In this document: piece after piece, positions 17,665-26,163 of the stretch
Position numbering within the stretch: position 1 is the first letter of the stretch
Layout of the letters: each line of letters begins with the position of its first letter
Source of the DNA: a bacterium
GTDB lineage: Bacteria; Patescibacteriota; Minisyncoccia; Phycocordibacterales; Phycocordibacteraceae
NCBI GenBank assembly: GCA_021789225.1
Contig: JAJYJQ010000003.1
Coordinates: 1 to 47,303, forward strand
Direction: 5' to 3'
Length of the DNA stretch: 47,303 nt
Made by a program: the position numbers and the translations under genes
The notes under the pieces: generated by a model
Told to the model about the DNA's origin: nothing
Seen by the model: only the letters and a program-made list of their open reading frames with translations
The model's database searches: none

Positions 17665-18303
17665 CTAATTTTCCAAGCGGATAGGATTTTCAAGCTCGCC
17701 CGGGTTGAAGGAGCGGTAGAGGAGCTCAATCACCTCTTCTGTCCCGAGGGGCACCGCGCGCACACCGGAAGCGCCGAGACCGGAGGCGACCAGCCCCAAG
17801 CGCTGTTGGAGCTGCACGAGGTGTTCTTCGAACGAGTCGCTCGCGTGCGCCGGTCCTGAAGACGAGCCGCCGAACATCTTTCCCACCGCATCTTTTGCGG
17901 CGGTCGTTCCGGTCGGAGAATACGGCACGACGACGTAGAACGACTTGGTCATGATGTTCGTGTTCTCGGTGAACGAGCGGATGAAGGACATGTATTCGCG
18001 CAACTGCAGGCGCAGGAGCTCCGTCTGCTGCGATTTCTCTTTCTCCGCGAGGAGCGCGAGGTACGGGCGGATGTCCATCTTGCGCGACTGCACGACGATC
18101 TCGACCGGGAAATCGAGCGTATTCAAGAAGGTTTGGAAGCCGCTGATGATCGCGTTTTGCTCGTCGGCCGATTTGAGGCCGAAGTTGACCGAGGAGCAGA
18201 TGAGGACGCCGCGATAGCCACCGTCTTTGAGGACGATGACGCCATTCCGGATCTCTTTCACCGGGACGAATTTCTGCGCGGCGCTGGAAGCGGGAGTGCT
18301 CAT
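17665..18303 (-). CDS. Hypothetical soluble protein of the T4SS-like cluster (212 aa)
   Basis: It has an ATGA overlap with the upstream PrgI-like gene and lies 9 nt upstream of VirB4. The N-terminal pattern VPVKEIRNGVIVLKDGGYRGVLICSSVNF.LKS..EQ resembles the entry domain of VirB4-type proteins. That resemblance is an inference. Confidence 0.6.
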   Translation of the reverse strand: MSTPASSAAQKFVPVKEIRNGVIVLKDGGYRGVLICSSVNFGLKSADEQNAIISGFQTFLNTLDFPVEIVVQSRKMDIRPYLALLAEKEKSQQTELLRLQLREYMSFIRSFTENTNIMTKSFYVVVPYSPTGTTAAKDAVGKMFGGSSSGPAHASDSFEEHLVQLQQRLGLVASGLGASGVRAVPLGTEEVIELLYRSFNPGELENPIRLEN

Positions 18304-18734
18304 GATCGTGAAGAGGGGCCCTGTTCATTAATGTCCATCGACCACGCGAGCTCCTGCAGCTTTCCTTGCGTGAGGCGGGAGGTGTGCGGTGTGGGGGCGA
18401 TAGGCGCGACCCCCGTCGACGCCTGCGGCGTCGACGGGTTCGCAGCCGCCTTCGGCGCCTCTTTCCGCCACAGGAAGAGGTGCGGCGAGGTGTAGAATTT
18501 CGCGGCTGCTTCAAGCACGCTGATGAACGGCTTGTTGTTCACCTTGTAGAACGCGAGTGCGCCGGAAAGGCCGACGACCGGGATGGCGAGCAGTATCGCG
18601 ACGATGAGCGGGAGGTAGCGCAGGAGGGCAATGGTCATTCCCACTCCGCCCGCGACATAGATGAATTGTTTGAGCGTGAGCGGCCCGACGATCTTGCTCT
18701 CCACCTCGATGAACTGCGGTACCTGATACTCCAT
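18300..18734 (-). CDS. PrgI-family (VirB3-analogue) small membrane protein
   Basis: The ATG at 18734 gives MEYQVPQFIEVESKIVGPLTLKQFIYV... followed by two TM helices, the typical PrgI-family opening. It is preceded by TATACT, 7 nt, then ATG. The ORF track begins at a GTG at 18755. Confidence 0.7.
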   Translation of the reverse strand: MEYQVPQFIEVESKIVGPLTLKQFIYVAGGVGMTIALLRYLPLIVAILLAIPVVGLSGALAFYKVNNKPFISVLEAAAKFYTSPHLFLWRKEAPKAAANPSTPQASTGVAPIAPTPHTSRLTQGKLQELAWSMDINEQGPSSRS

Positions 18735-18741
18735 TGCGTAC

Positions 18742-18774
18742 AGTATACCGGACACGCGCGCGCCTCGCGCGCGT
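18742..18774 (-). promoter_or_regulatory. Hairpin (18754-18774) plus TATACT -10 (18742-18747) ahead of the PrgI-like gene
   Basis: acgcgcgcg-cct-cgcgcgcgt follows the stop of the Pro-rich gene. On the minus strand it is followed by TATACT-gtacgca-ATG. Confidence 0.45.
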
Positions 18775-18780
18775 TCTCCC

Positions 18781-19704
18781 CTACTCTAGCGGCTCGCGGT
18801 ACGGGTCGATGGCGTACTCTTTGACGAGCGGTTTTTCGGGAATGGTCGAATAGGAGGGTGTGGAGACGAGCGGTTCGCGGACGAGCGCTGACGGCGTCGC
18901 GGATGGCTGCGGCGTAACCGGTGCTGGTGGAGGCGGAGGCGTGAGCTGCACCGCAGCAGGTGGCACTGGCGCGGGCTCTTGCTCCGGCACGGGCGCTGGC
19001 GAAGGCGTTTCCTCGCTCACGTTTCGACCGGCACTCTCGGATTTGGCTTGAAATGGCGGAAATCCTGCTTCGGCACTCTCCTCCTGCCCGGGCAGCACGA
19101 GCAGTGGTTTCGGAGCGTTTTCGGGAACGGAGATTTCCGGCTGTGGCTGTGGTATGGAAGGCGGCGCAACGTCTTGTGGCTCTGCTGCAGGCAAAACCTT
19201 TTCTTGCTCTGGCGTAGGTGCAGGCGCAGGCATAGGCGCGGGAGTTGGGCTTGGAGTGGATACCGGCACAGGAGGCTCTTCCCTCTCCGGCTCTGGCGGC
19301 GAAACGGGCTCCGGCTCCGGGGACGGAACGGGTTTGGGCTCGGGAGTTGGTGCAGGTTTGGATTCGGTCGTGCGGACGGGTTCTTTCTGGGAGGTCCTTT
19401 CGCGCAGTTTCTGATGGGTCGGAATAAATATCTTCTGATTAAGTTCAGAGATGATGCTTTTTGCTGTTTCTGCAGGCATGCCCTCCGCAACAAGGCTGCT
19501 CAAGAAATCCAAAGGACTCAAGAGGCCGAGGAGCAGGTTGCGGTTATACTCAGCAATCTTTCCCATGACGTCAGTGTGCAGTTTGTTGCGAGCGGCGATA
19601 TCTACGATAAGCTCGATAAGTTCGGTGCTCGAAAGTACATCACGCACTTCCTGGGGCGCATTTTGATAACTCGCAAGAATCTCTTCTTGTGTTGGTGTTT
19701 TCAT
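18781..19704 (-). CDS. Proline-rich protein (hypothetical, T4SS-like cluster)
   Basis: 307 aa with a helical N-domain followed by long PxP/EP repeats (PAPTPEPKPVPSPEPEP...). Confidence 0.6.
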   Translation of the reverse strand: MKTPTQEEILASYQNAPQEVRDVLSSTELIELIVDIAARNKLHTDVMGKIAEYNRNLLLGLLSPLDFLSSLVAEGMPAETAKSIISELNQKIFIPTHQKLRERTSQKEPVRTTESKPAPTPEPKPVPSPEPEPVSPPEPEREEPPVPVSTPSPTPAPMPAPAPTPEQEKVLPAAEPQDVAPPSIPQPQPEISVPENAPKPLLVLPGQEESAEAGFPPFQAKSESAGRNVSEETPSPAPVPEQEPAPVPPAAVQLTPPPPPAPVTPQPSATPSALVREPLVSTPSYSTIPEKPLVKEYAIDPYREPLE

Positions 19705-19707
19705 AGG

Positions 19708-21891
19708 CTATAGGCCCCAGCGAGCTACGAGAGTCGGATCTGAAACTCTAAGAGTGATAAGTTGCTGCTGCAGCTGCGTTTGTGCCGGCGTTGCCGGAAT
19801 CGGGTTTATCATCACATCATTAACGTATGTGGCCAGCGCGGCTTGAACGTTATTTGAGAGATTGTTCGGATTGTCGAGGAGGCCTCTTATTTGCTGGTAG
19901 GAGAGCGCCTCAAGCGTATCTCGCTTCGTAAGGATGTTGTCGGGCAGCTTTGCAATATCGGCCGACTTCATCGAATTTATAACATCCTCCGTATCAACTT
20001 TAGTGTCAAAGCGCTTACCGCGAGCATCTCTGATAATCGCTGGATTAACCTTGCCGCTCGCGCCGAGGTCGTCGGCCTGTTTGTCGGCGAGAGATTTGAG
20101 GAAGGCCTCACTTGCATGTAGGGCGGCGGGCGCGTTTTCGACGTCCTTCTTGGCCAAGCCACGCACTGCCTTTTGTGCATTCCCGCGCGCATTCTTATAC
20201 GCCTGCTCGGCAGCTGTGTATGCTGGTGTGCCCGGCGGGGTTGCGGGATTGTTTCTTACTGCGTCAAAATCTGTTTTCGCTTTGGTAAGGGCCTCCACAG
20301 CACCGGTTGCTGTTTGATAGCGCTTCTTACCAAGCTCCCCTTTCTGGGAATCCAATAGCTCGGTACCTTTCATGAGCGCCTCGAATTTCTCTGGCGAGAG
20401 ATTGGTTGCGAGTGTGGAGACACCCTCCCTGATTCCCTTAAGCTCGGAGAGGTCTTTCGTCGACATGCCGTTAATCATCTTGCTCAAATTGTTCTTAAGG
20501 CCCGGCATCTGAGCATCGTAATTAGCCTGGGTGATAGTGCCCGCTGCCAGCTGCGCATCAAGGTCGGCAATCTGTCGAGCGAAATCTTCCACAGCCTTCT
20601 TATTTTCCTTTCTTTGAGCAAGACGCTTTTCCGTATCCATTTCACGGCGATTTTCTTCCCCGATCTTCTTGAGGAGGGTCTTTCCTTCGCCGGCGCCCAC
20701 AAAGTCGCGTGCCTTTGTTGAAATCTTTCGGTACGAGAGGTCTTCGGGCGCGCCAGCGGCTTTCATGCCGGGGAGGCGGCGGAAATCAAAATTGGTTCTT
20801 TCGATGGGACGCATAGTTTGATTCACTGCGCGCGAGAATTTATTGTCACCGGTCAGGCTCGAAGCTTTACGGAGCACTCTCGCGCTGCCGCCAATCCCGA
20901 GATTAACCGCGCTGTTGACTACACGGCCGCTCCACTTCGTTGCGAATCCGGCGGCTTGGCTTGAAAGGCTCTTGGCGATGATGAGGGAGGCGATGAGAAG
21001 GCCGATGATGATGGCGAAGGAGAGGAGGAGGTTGGCCACTTGTCCGGCGCCTGCGCTTGTGAAGACCGACGCGGCGTCCGTGGTGGCGCCGGAGAGCGCA
21101 AAGAGCTGCGGCTCGCTCCCCACCTTCACGACAACCAGGAGGAGGAGCATCATGACCGGCGCGAAAATCGTCTGGTCGGTGAGCGCCTTCCACCACTTCT
21201 TGCCGTACTCTTTCACCATCGGTATGTCCGCAAGCCCGAGGAAGCCGATTGGCGAAACGATGAAGAGGAAGAGCAGGATCACGAATCGCGCGATGAGCAT
21301 GATCGCGATGGCACCGAAGACGAGCGCGGTGATGGCGAAGAGCAGCATCCCCGCGAAGAACGTGAAGAACCAGTGTCCTTGCGCGGCGGAGCCAGCCTGA
21401 GCGGCTTGCGTCGCCTCACCGTTTTGGAAATTGTAGAGCGTCGTGAGGCCGAGATTGGTCATGAGGTGGTTCGTGACCGGCTCGGTGGATACGTCGAAAG
21501 ATTGGGGCATGCCTGCCGAGCCATACATCTGCGCATAGAACTGCGTGGCGAAGAGGTTGCCGGTGTCCACGATGAACTCCGCGACAAAGAGCGAGAAGTT
21601 GAGCGTGATCGCCACGATGAGGAGCGAGGCGAGCGCTTTCTTCGCGCCATACGTGGCGTTGTCGAGGATGGTGGCGATGCCGATGGCCATGAAGCCGAAG
21701 ATGAGGGCGATGTTGCCGATGTCACGGAAGACGCCCCACGCCACCTGGATGGAGGTGAAGGCGCCCACCATCGTGCCCATGCGTACGACGGTGTAGTAGA
21801 GGGTGGCGCCCATGAGCGTGCCCATCGCGCCGGCGAGCCAGCCGAAGAGCGAGAGGATCCACATGAACGCTTGGCCGAGTAGTGCGTCCAT
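19708..21891 (-). CDS. Large polytopic membrane protein, VirB6/TrbL-like N-terminal half plus helical C-terminal domain
   Basis: 727 aa with about 7-8 TM helices in the first ~330 aa and a charged helical tail. Its position between secreted proteins and the VirB3/VirB4 analogues supports the call. The family assignment is an inference. Confidence 0.6.
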   Translation of the reverse strand: MDALLGQAFMWILSLFGWLAGAMGTLMGATLYYTVVRMGTMVGAFTSIQVAWGVFRDIGNIALIFGFMAIGIATILDNATYGAKKALASLLIVAITLNFSLFVAEFIVDTGNLFATQFYAQMYGSAGMPQSFDVSTEPVTNHLMTNLGLTTLYNFQNGEATQAAQAGSAAQGHWFFTFFAGMLLFAITALVFGAIAIMLIARFVILLFLFIVSPIGFLGLADIPMVKEYGKKWWKALTDQTIFAPVMMLLLLVVVKVGSEPQLFALSGATTDAASVFTSAGAGQVANLLLSFAIIIGLLIASLIIAKSLSSQAAGFATKWSGRVVNSAVNLGIGGSARVLRKASSLTGDNKFSRAVNQTMRPIERTNFDFRRLPGMKAAGAPEDLSYRKISTKARDFVGAGEGKTLLKKIGEENRREMDTEKRLAQRKENKKAVEDFARQIADLDAQLAAGTITQANYDAQMPGLKNNLSKMINGMSTKDLSELKGIREGVSTLATNLSPEKFEALMKGTELLDSQKGELGKKRYQTATGAVEALTKAKTDFDAVRNNPATPPGTPAYTAAEQAYKNARGNAQKAVRGLAKKDVENAPAALHASEAFLKSLADKQADDLGASGKVNPAIIRDARGKRFDTKVDTEDVINSMKSADIAKLPDNILTKRDTLEALSYQQIRGLLDNPNNLSNNVQAALATYVNDVMINPIPATPAQTQLQQQLITLRVSDPTLVARWGL

Positions 21892-21894
21892 AGG

Positions 21895-23721
21895 CTATGG
21901 GGTTGCGGGCGCGGTGGCCGTGACTTTGACCGGCGCGCACTGCGAGAGCATGCTCTGCGCGTTTGCGGTGATGAGCTGGAGCTGGCTCACGAGCGGCGCC
22001 TGCGACTGGCCGTTTACCGAAGTGTCGAGCGTGTTTGCGGGAATGTTCAGAGGCACGGGAGAGGGTGTCGCATCGCTTTGCATATTGGAGACATCGCCTG
22101 CGGTCGGATGCATGCTCGACAAGTTCATGACGTCTTGGGTGTAGAACGTAATCTGGGTCGGGTCGCCCTTTTCCTGATTTATGCGCGTGATGAGGTCCAG
22201 AGCGCTTTGGATGGTCGTTTCTACCGCGGTCTGCTCGCTGTACACGGTCGCGACCGGTCCGGAGTTGAGCGCCTGCTGGGCACGGGTCTGATACGTCTGA
22301 CATTGTTGCACGAGCGTGTCCGGATTCGTGCTGAGAGTGCTCGTGTACTGCGGTGCATACTGGGCCGCAACGAGCGTGTGAAGGGTCGAAGACGCTGTCT
22401 CGGCGGCGCTGAAAAGCGTATCCCATGCCGTGGTGTAGGCATCGACGTTTGATTGCAGGATTGCAGGAGAGGCGGGGCCGGTTGCGGCGTTCTGCGCCAG
22501 GCTGCTACCCAATGCAAGGGCTTCAACGGAACCATTCCCATACGAGTTCCAATAATTGCTACGGGCATCATTGGTATTTATGCCGAGATTAACCTTCCCG
22601 ATGCCGAACCCGAAGAGGCCGTTCTGCTGCAGGCCGGTCGCCGCCATGCTACCCATCTGATAGGTTTGCAAGAGAGTGACCAGGCTGCCCGCCATGCCTT
22701 CCAGGTCGCCGGTTATCGACCATTTCTTCAGGAGTGTATCGCTCACGTTCTTGAGCGAATCCGCGACGACCGAGCCTGGGGTGGAGATGAGCCCTGGCTG
22801 GCCATTCTTGTCGAGGCACGGGTCGCCCGCCGCGTTCCCTACCGTTTGGTCGTAGGTGTAGCTGCCGGCAGTACCGACCGTATTGAAAGAATCTTTTTGC
22901 CTATTCGCTATCTCCGCAGCATCGGTGGTGGCTTGGTCGCCAGCGTACGTATCATTTTGTGCGTAGCTGGTGTCGCACCACGAGAGGAAGCCGCTGTTCG
23001 CATAGAGCTGGTTAAGCGCGTTATCGGTGATGTTCGCGGCATCTTCTGACATTATGTTCTGGGCTTTGTACGTGTAGCAGTATGGATTGTTATCGCACTC
23101 GGTATTGAGCGAGAACCACGCGTTCCAGCCTCCCTTGCTGAAATTGCCCTGCACGTACGCGAGCGGGTCGGATGACGCCTCACCGAGCGTGCAGCGATGC
23201 GCGTCGAAGAAGTGGTCCGCGCCAGCAGTACTCTGGAAGTAGTTCGAGCGCATGCTTGCGGCGATTGCGCTTGCAAAGGGAGAGTTCGATTGTCGCGAGA
23301 GCATATCCATGAAATGCATCGAGCGCGCGTCTTGGATGCCCTGCTTGTACCCGTTCACGTTGGCTACATAGAGCCCGAGCCCCTTGCCGTTGTCGCCATT
23401 GATGAAATTGATGACGCCCGCCGTGACGGACTTGAGCATGTTCCCCGACTCCATCCAGAGCATCGGGGCGATGACGTTCTTGTCGACCCAGAGTGCCACA
23501 TTCGCTACTTTAGATAGGTAGGAGTTCGCGTCCGTGGCAGCTTGATGGATTGTCGATCCCGCCTCGTATGTCATTGTCTTTAATTCGGTCCATGACATGT
23601 TGTTGGTTATCTCGGCAGGATACGCATGAGCCTTTTGCGGCACCGCAAGAAAAGATGCAGGCACCACGAGCGTGAACAGGAGCACGGGCGCGATAATCCT
23701 CTGAGCAGCGAAATTTCTCAT
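21895..23721 (-). CDS. Large secreted protein (hypothetical, T4SS-like cluster)
   Basis: The start is placed at the ATG at 23721 (MRNFAAQRIIAPVLLFTLVVPASFLAVPQKAHA signal peptide), which makes an ATGA overlap with the upstream gene. About 608 aa with several Cys pairs. No motif was recognised. Confidence 0.65.
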   Translation of the reverse strand: MRNFAAQRIIAPVLLFTLVVPASFLAVPQKAHAYPAEITNNMSWTELKTMTYEAGSTIHQAATDANSYLSKVANVALWVDKNVIAPMLWMESGNMLKSVTAGVINFINGDNGKGLGLYVANVNGYKQGIQDARSMHFMDMLSRQSNSPFASAIAASMRSNYFQSTAGADHFFDAHRCTLGEASSDPLAYVQGNFSKGGWNAWFSLNTECDNNPYCYTYKAQNIMSEDAANITDNALNQLYANSGFLSWCDTSYAQNDTYAGDQATTDAAEIANRQKDSFNTVGTAGSYTYDQTVGNAAGDPCLDKNGQPGLISTPGSVVADSLKNVSDTLLKKWSITGDLEGMAGSLVTLLQTYQMGSMAATGLQQNGLFGFGIGKVNLGINTNDARSNYWNSYGNGSVEALALGSSLAQNAATGPASPAILQSNVDAYTTAWDTLFSAAETASSTLHTLVAAQYAPQYTSTLSTNPDTLVQQCQTYQTRAQQALNSGPVATVYSEQTAVETTIQSALDLITRINQEKGDPTQITFYTQDVMNLSSMHPTAGDVSNMQSDATPSPVPLNIPANTLDTSVNGQSQAPLVSQLQLITANAQSMLSQCAPVKVTATAPATP

Positions 23722-24755
23722 GGCGTGGTGTGTTTCGAGCTCTCTGGCGCGGCGGTCGAGATGAAGTTCACGAACATCCATCCGGGCGCATCCTTTGGCA
23801 GGGTGACGCCCGCGTTCGTGTAGACGCTGTGAATGTCGCTAAACGCCTGCAGGAAGTTCTGCAGCGCCTGGGGGTATTGCTTCAGGGCGAGGATGGCCGC
23901 GAGCGGATCGTCATTGACGTGCGTGAAATCATCCGAGATTTCCCCGAGTCGCTTTATGGAGTTTATGAGCGTGAGATCTGCGCCCGCGAGCTCTTGCGGC
24001 ACCGGGAGCACGGAGAGTCCGATAGCGATCTTCCGATAGCCGTTCGCGATGTCTCTGAGATTGTTGATGTCGGCCGCGTCGGTCGGGTCGTTATTATTGA
24101 GCGCATCTTGCACATAGTCGATGGGCGAGCCGCTTGCGGCGATGCTCGTGTTGTTGAATACCGCATCTGCGGAGGCGGCAAACGCCTTGAGTGCTTCAGG
24201 CCCGGAGCCGGATACTTTGAGGTCGCGCGCGGTCTTGAAGTCGGGGGACGGACCTATGGTCTGTGAAAACGCATTGAACGCCTGCGTCACGACGTTTTGC
24301 AGGTCGGCTTGCGAGAGTGCTGCGCCGCCATTTTGCTGCTTTGCGCCGATGTAGAGCATGAAAAAGGTTTGGGTGAACGCGGCAGTGAGGGTGCCTTGCG
24401 CCGGTGCGCTCGGTAGGGACGCGTCGGTAGAGGAGGCGGAGCTGGGGGCAGCCTCAGCCGCGGGCGCCTTCGGGACGATGAGCCCTTTTGCGACGGCTTC
24501 CTCGTCGGTCATCCCGAGCCCCAGGGAGTCTGCTTTGTGCGGGTCAGTGCCGTAGAGGGCCTCTTCCCAGTCGGGGAGGCCGTCGCTGTCGCTGTCGCGG
24601 CTCGCGACGGCTTGGAGGAGTGCGTCGGTGGATGAAGCGTCAGCGTGCCTGGGGGCGAGTCTGCCGCCCGCCAGGAGATAGGCACCGCCAATCATCACGA
24701 GGGCGAGCGCCGTCGCAGAGAGAATCCCCCACTGTCGTTTCATCCAAGCCACCAC
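23718..24755 (-). CDS. Membrane-anchored protein with a Ca-binding-like DSDSDGLPDWEE repeat (first gene of the cluster)
   Basis: 345 aa with an N-terminal TM helix (ILSATALALVMIGGAYLLA). The start is either the GTG at 24755 or the ATG at 24743. Confidence 0.6.
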   Translation of the reverse strand: MVAWMKRQWGILSATALALVMIGGAYLLAGGRLAPRHADASSTDALLQAVASRDSDSDGLPDWEEALYGTDPHKADSLGLGMTDEEAVAKGLIVPKAPAAEAAPSSASSTDASLPSAPAQGTLTAAFTQTFFMLYIGAKQQNGGAALSQADLQNVVTQAFNAFSQTIGPSPDFKTARDLKVSGSGPEALKAFAASADAVFNNTSIAASGSPIDYVQDALNNNDPTDAADINNLRDIANGYRKIAIGLSVLPVPQELAGADLTLINSIKRLGEISDDFTHVNDDPLAAILALKQYPQALQNFLQAFSDIHSVYTNAGVTLPKDAPGWMFVNFISTAAPESSKHTTP

Positions 24756-24761
24756 TCTTGC

Positions 24762-24807
24762 AGTATAGCAGTTTTATACATGGGCCCGCGCACCGCTGGC
24801 GCGCGGG
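24762..24807 (-). promoter_or_regulatory. rsmA terminator hairpin (24785-24807) followed by an extended -10 TGCTATACT (24762-24770) for the T4SS-like cluster
   Basis: cccgcgc-accgctggc-gcgcggg is followed on the minus strand by TGCTATACT. The -10 ends 6 nt before the GTG and 18 nt before the ATG. Confidence 0.45.
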
Positions 24808-24813
24808 TGTGCA

Positions 24814-25617
24814 TTATATATAGAGGAGAGTCTTGGCGAGCGCGTGCCAAGCAGGGAGAGGCACGTCTTCGGCGCGAGTGTCTGGGTCGAGCTTCGCGGC
24901 GCGAAGCGCCGCGGATACGTCTGCATCGGGAAACGCGAGGGCCAGATTTTTCACGAGTTTCTTGCGTTTGTGGGCGAATCCGGCATGGAGCACAGCGAAA
25001 AAGTGCTGTTTTTCAGCCTCAGATCGGAATGGATTGCGAATGTCGGCTATCGAAAGCACGGCCGAATCCACCTTGGGCGCGGGCTTGAAAGCACCGCGTG
25101 GAACGGTGAACTCGTAGTGCGGCGTGCCATAGGTTTTCACGGAAATGGAAAGCAGGCTCTCCTTTTCTCCGCGCGTTTGTCCCGAGCGGCGGCGAGGGGC
25201 GACGCGCTCAGCCACCTCTTTTTGTACCAGCAGTGTCATCGAGCGCGGCTGGTGGAGAGCCTCCAGAAACTGCCGGATAATCTCACCGGTGATGTAGTAC
25301 GGGATATTTGCGACGACGGCGTACGCCCCTGAAATGCTCGAGGGGTCGAATGCGCGCACATCACCCTCAACGAGCTTTAGCTTCTCGGCCGCAATTTCGT
25401 TCGCAAACATCTCGCGCAGTTTTTCCGCGAGCGCCGCGTCAGCTTCCACGGCCACCACCTTCCCTGCTCGCGCAAGGAGAGGCGCCGTGAGCATGCCGGT
25501 GCCCGGGCCGATTTCGAGCACAGTGTCCTCCGGTGAAAGATGTGCTGCATCCGCTATGCGCTCGGCCGTCTGCCGGTGCATCAGGAAATTCTGCCCGAGC
25601 GACTTTTTCGCAAACAT
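24814..25617 (-). CDS. rsmA: 16S rRNA (adenine1518/1519-N6)-dimethyltransferase RsmA/KsgA
   Basis: 267 aa. MFAKKSLGQNFL and the SAM-binding LEIGPGTG motif are present, with NIPY following. Confidence 0.93.
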   Translation of the reverse strand: MFAKKSLGQNFLMHRQTAERIADAAHLSPEDTVLEIGPGTGMLTAPLLARAGKVVAVEADAALAEKLREMFANEIAAEKLKLVEGDVRAFDPSSISGAYAVVANIPYYITGEIIRQFLEALHQPRSMTLLVQKEVAERVAPRRRSGQTRGEKESLLSISVKTYGTPHYEFTVPRGAFKPAPKVDSAVLSIADIRNPFRSEAEKQHFFAVLHAGFAHKRKKLVKNLALAFPDADVSAALRAAKLDPDTRAEDVPLPAWHALAKTLLYI

Positions 25618-25620
25618 ATC

Positions 25621-25902
25621 TTACAGGAAACGTTCTTCAACGCCGCGATAACCGTCACGTCGGTGTCGGACTGAACCGACGAATACCGTGGCGACTTCTA
25701 TGCGGAACACGATTCGCCAATCACCGACTCGCAGCACGCGCAAGCCGCGTAGTGTGTTGCGAAGTGGTTTTCCGAATTGTTCTGGACGGCTGGAGAGCTT
25801 TTCGCGTAGTGTATCGCGGACCATGTGCCACACCGACACATCGACCGCCCGCAGATCACGCTCAATTACCAATCGGTGGTAGCGAATGGCGTACGGCGGC
25901 AT
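25621..25902 (-). CDS. RelE/ParE-family type II toxin
   Basis: 93 aa. The family-typical G....LR.LRVGDWRIVFRIE sequence is present. It lies 2 nt after the antitoxin stop. Confidence 0.8.
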   Translation of the reverse strand: MPPYAIRYHRLVIERDLRAVDVSVWHMVRDTLREKLSSRPEQFGKPLRNTLRGLRVLRVGDWRIVFRIEVATVFVGSVRHRRDGYRGVEERFL

Positions 25903-25904
25903 GA

Positions 25905-26102
25905 TTATGCGTTACGCAGTTTGTTGAATAGCGCGTCAGCTTCTTTTTCAGAGAGCCAAACGCGGCGCGAGTCAAGCTCGTCCGCGAGTATGCGCGCCGC
26001 AACAGTTGCGCGCGGTGTCTTCTCGCGTGCTGCGCGTGCCCGGAGCGCCCTTGCGGTCGAGGGCGTGAGGGTTATGAGGATACGTTCTTTTGTGGTGGCC
26101 AT
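25905..26102 (-). CDS. Type II antitoxin (RHH/CopG-like small protein)
   Basis: 65 aa. The N-terminal KERILITLTPSTARALRARA fits a ribbon-helix-helix strand plus helix. It sits directly upstream of the toxin. Confidence 0.65.
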   Translation of the reverse strand: MATTKERILITLTPSTARALRARAAREKTPRATVAARILADELDSRRVWLSEKEADALFNKLRNA

Positions 26103-26163
26103 ATATCAAAAGTGTATCACCTCTTGATGTGGGCGCAATGAAGCGCGGTCAGGTCAACATATT

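Noticed and set aside
9901-24770. Integrative conjugative element or conjugative plasmid remnant
   Set aside because: There is no relaxase, coupling protein, integrase next to the cluster, flanking direct repeats or compositional shift. The only tyrosine recombinase (37241) is Xer-like and lies 12 kb away with housekeeping neighbours.
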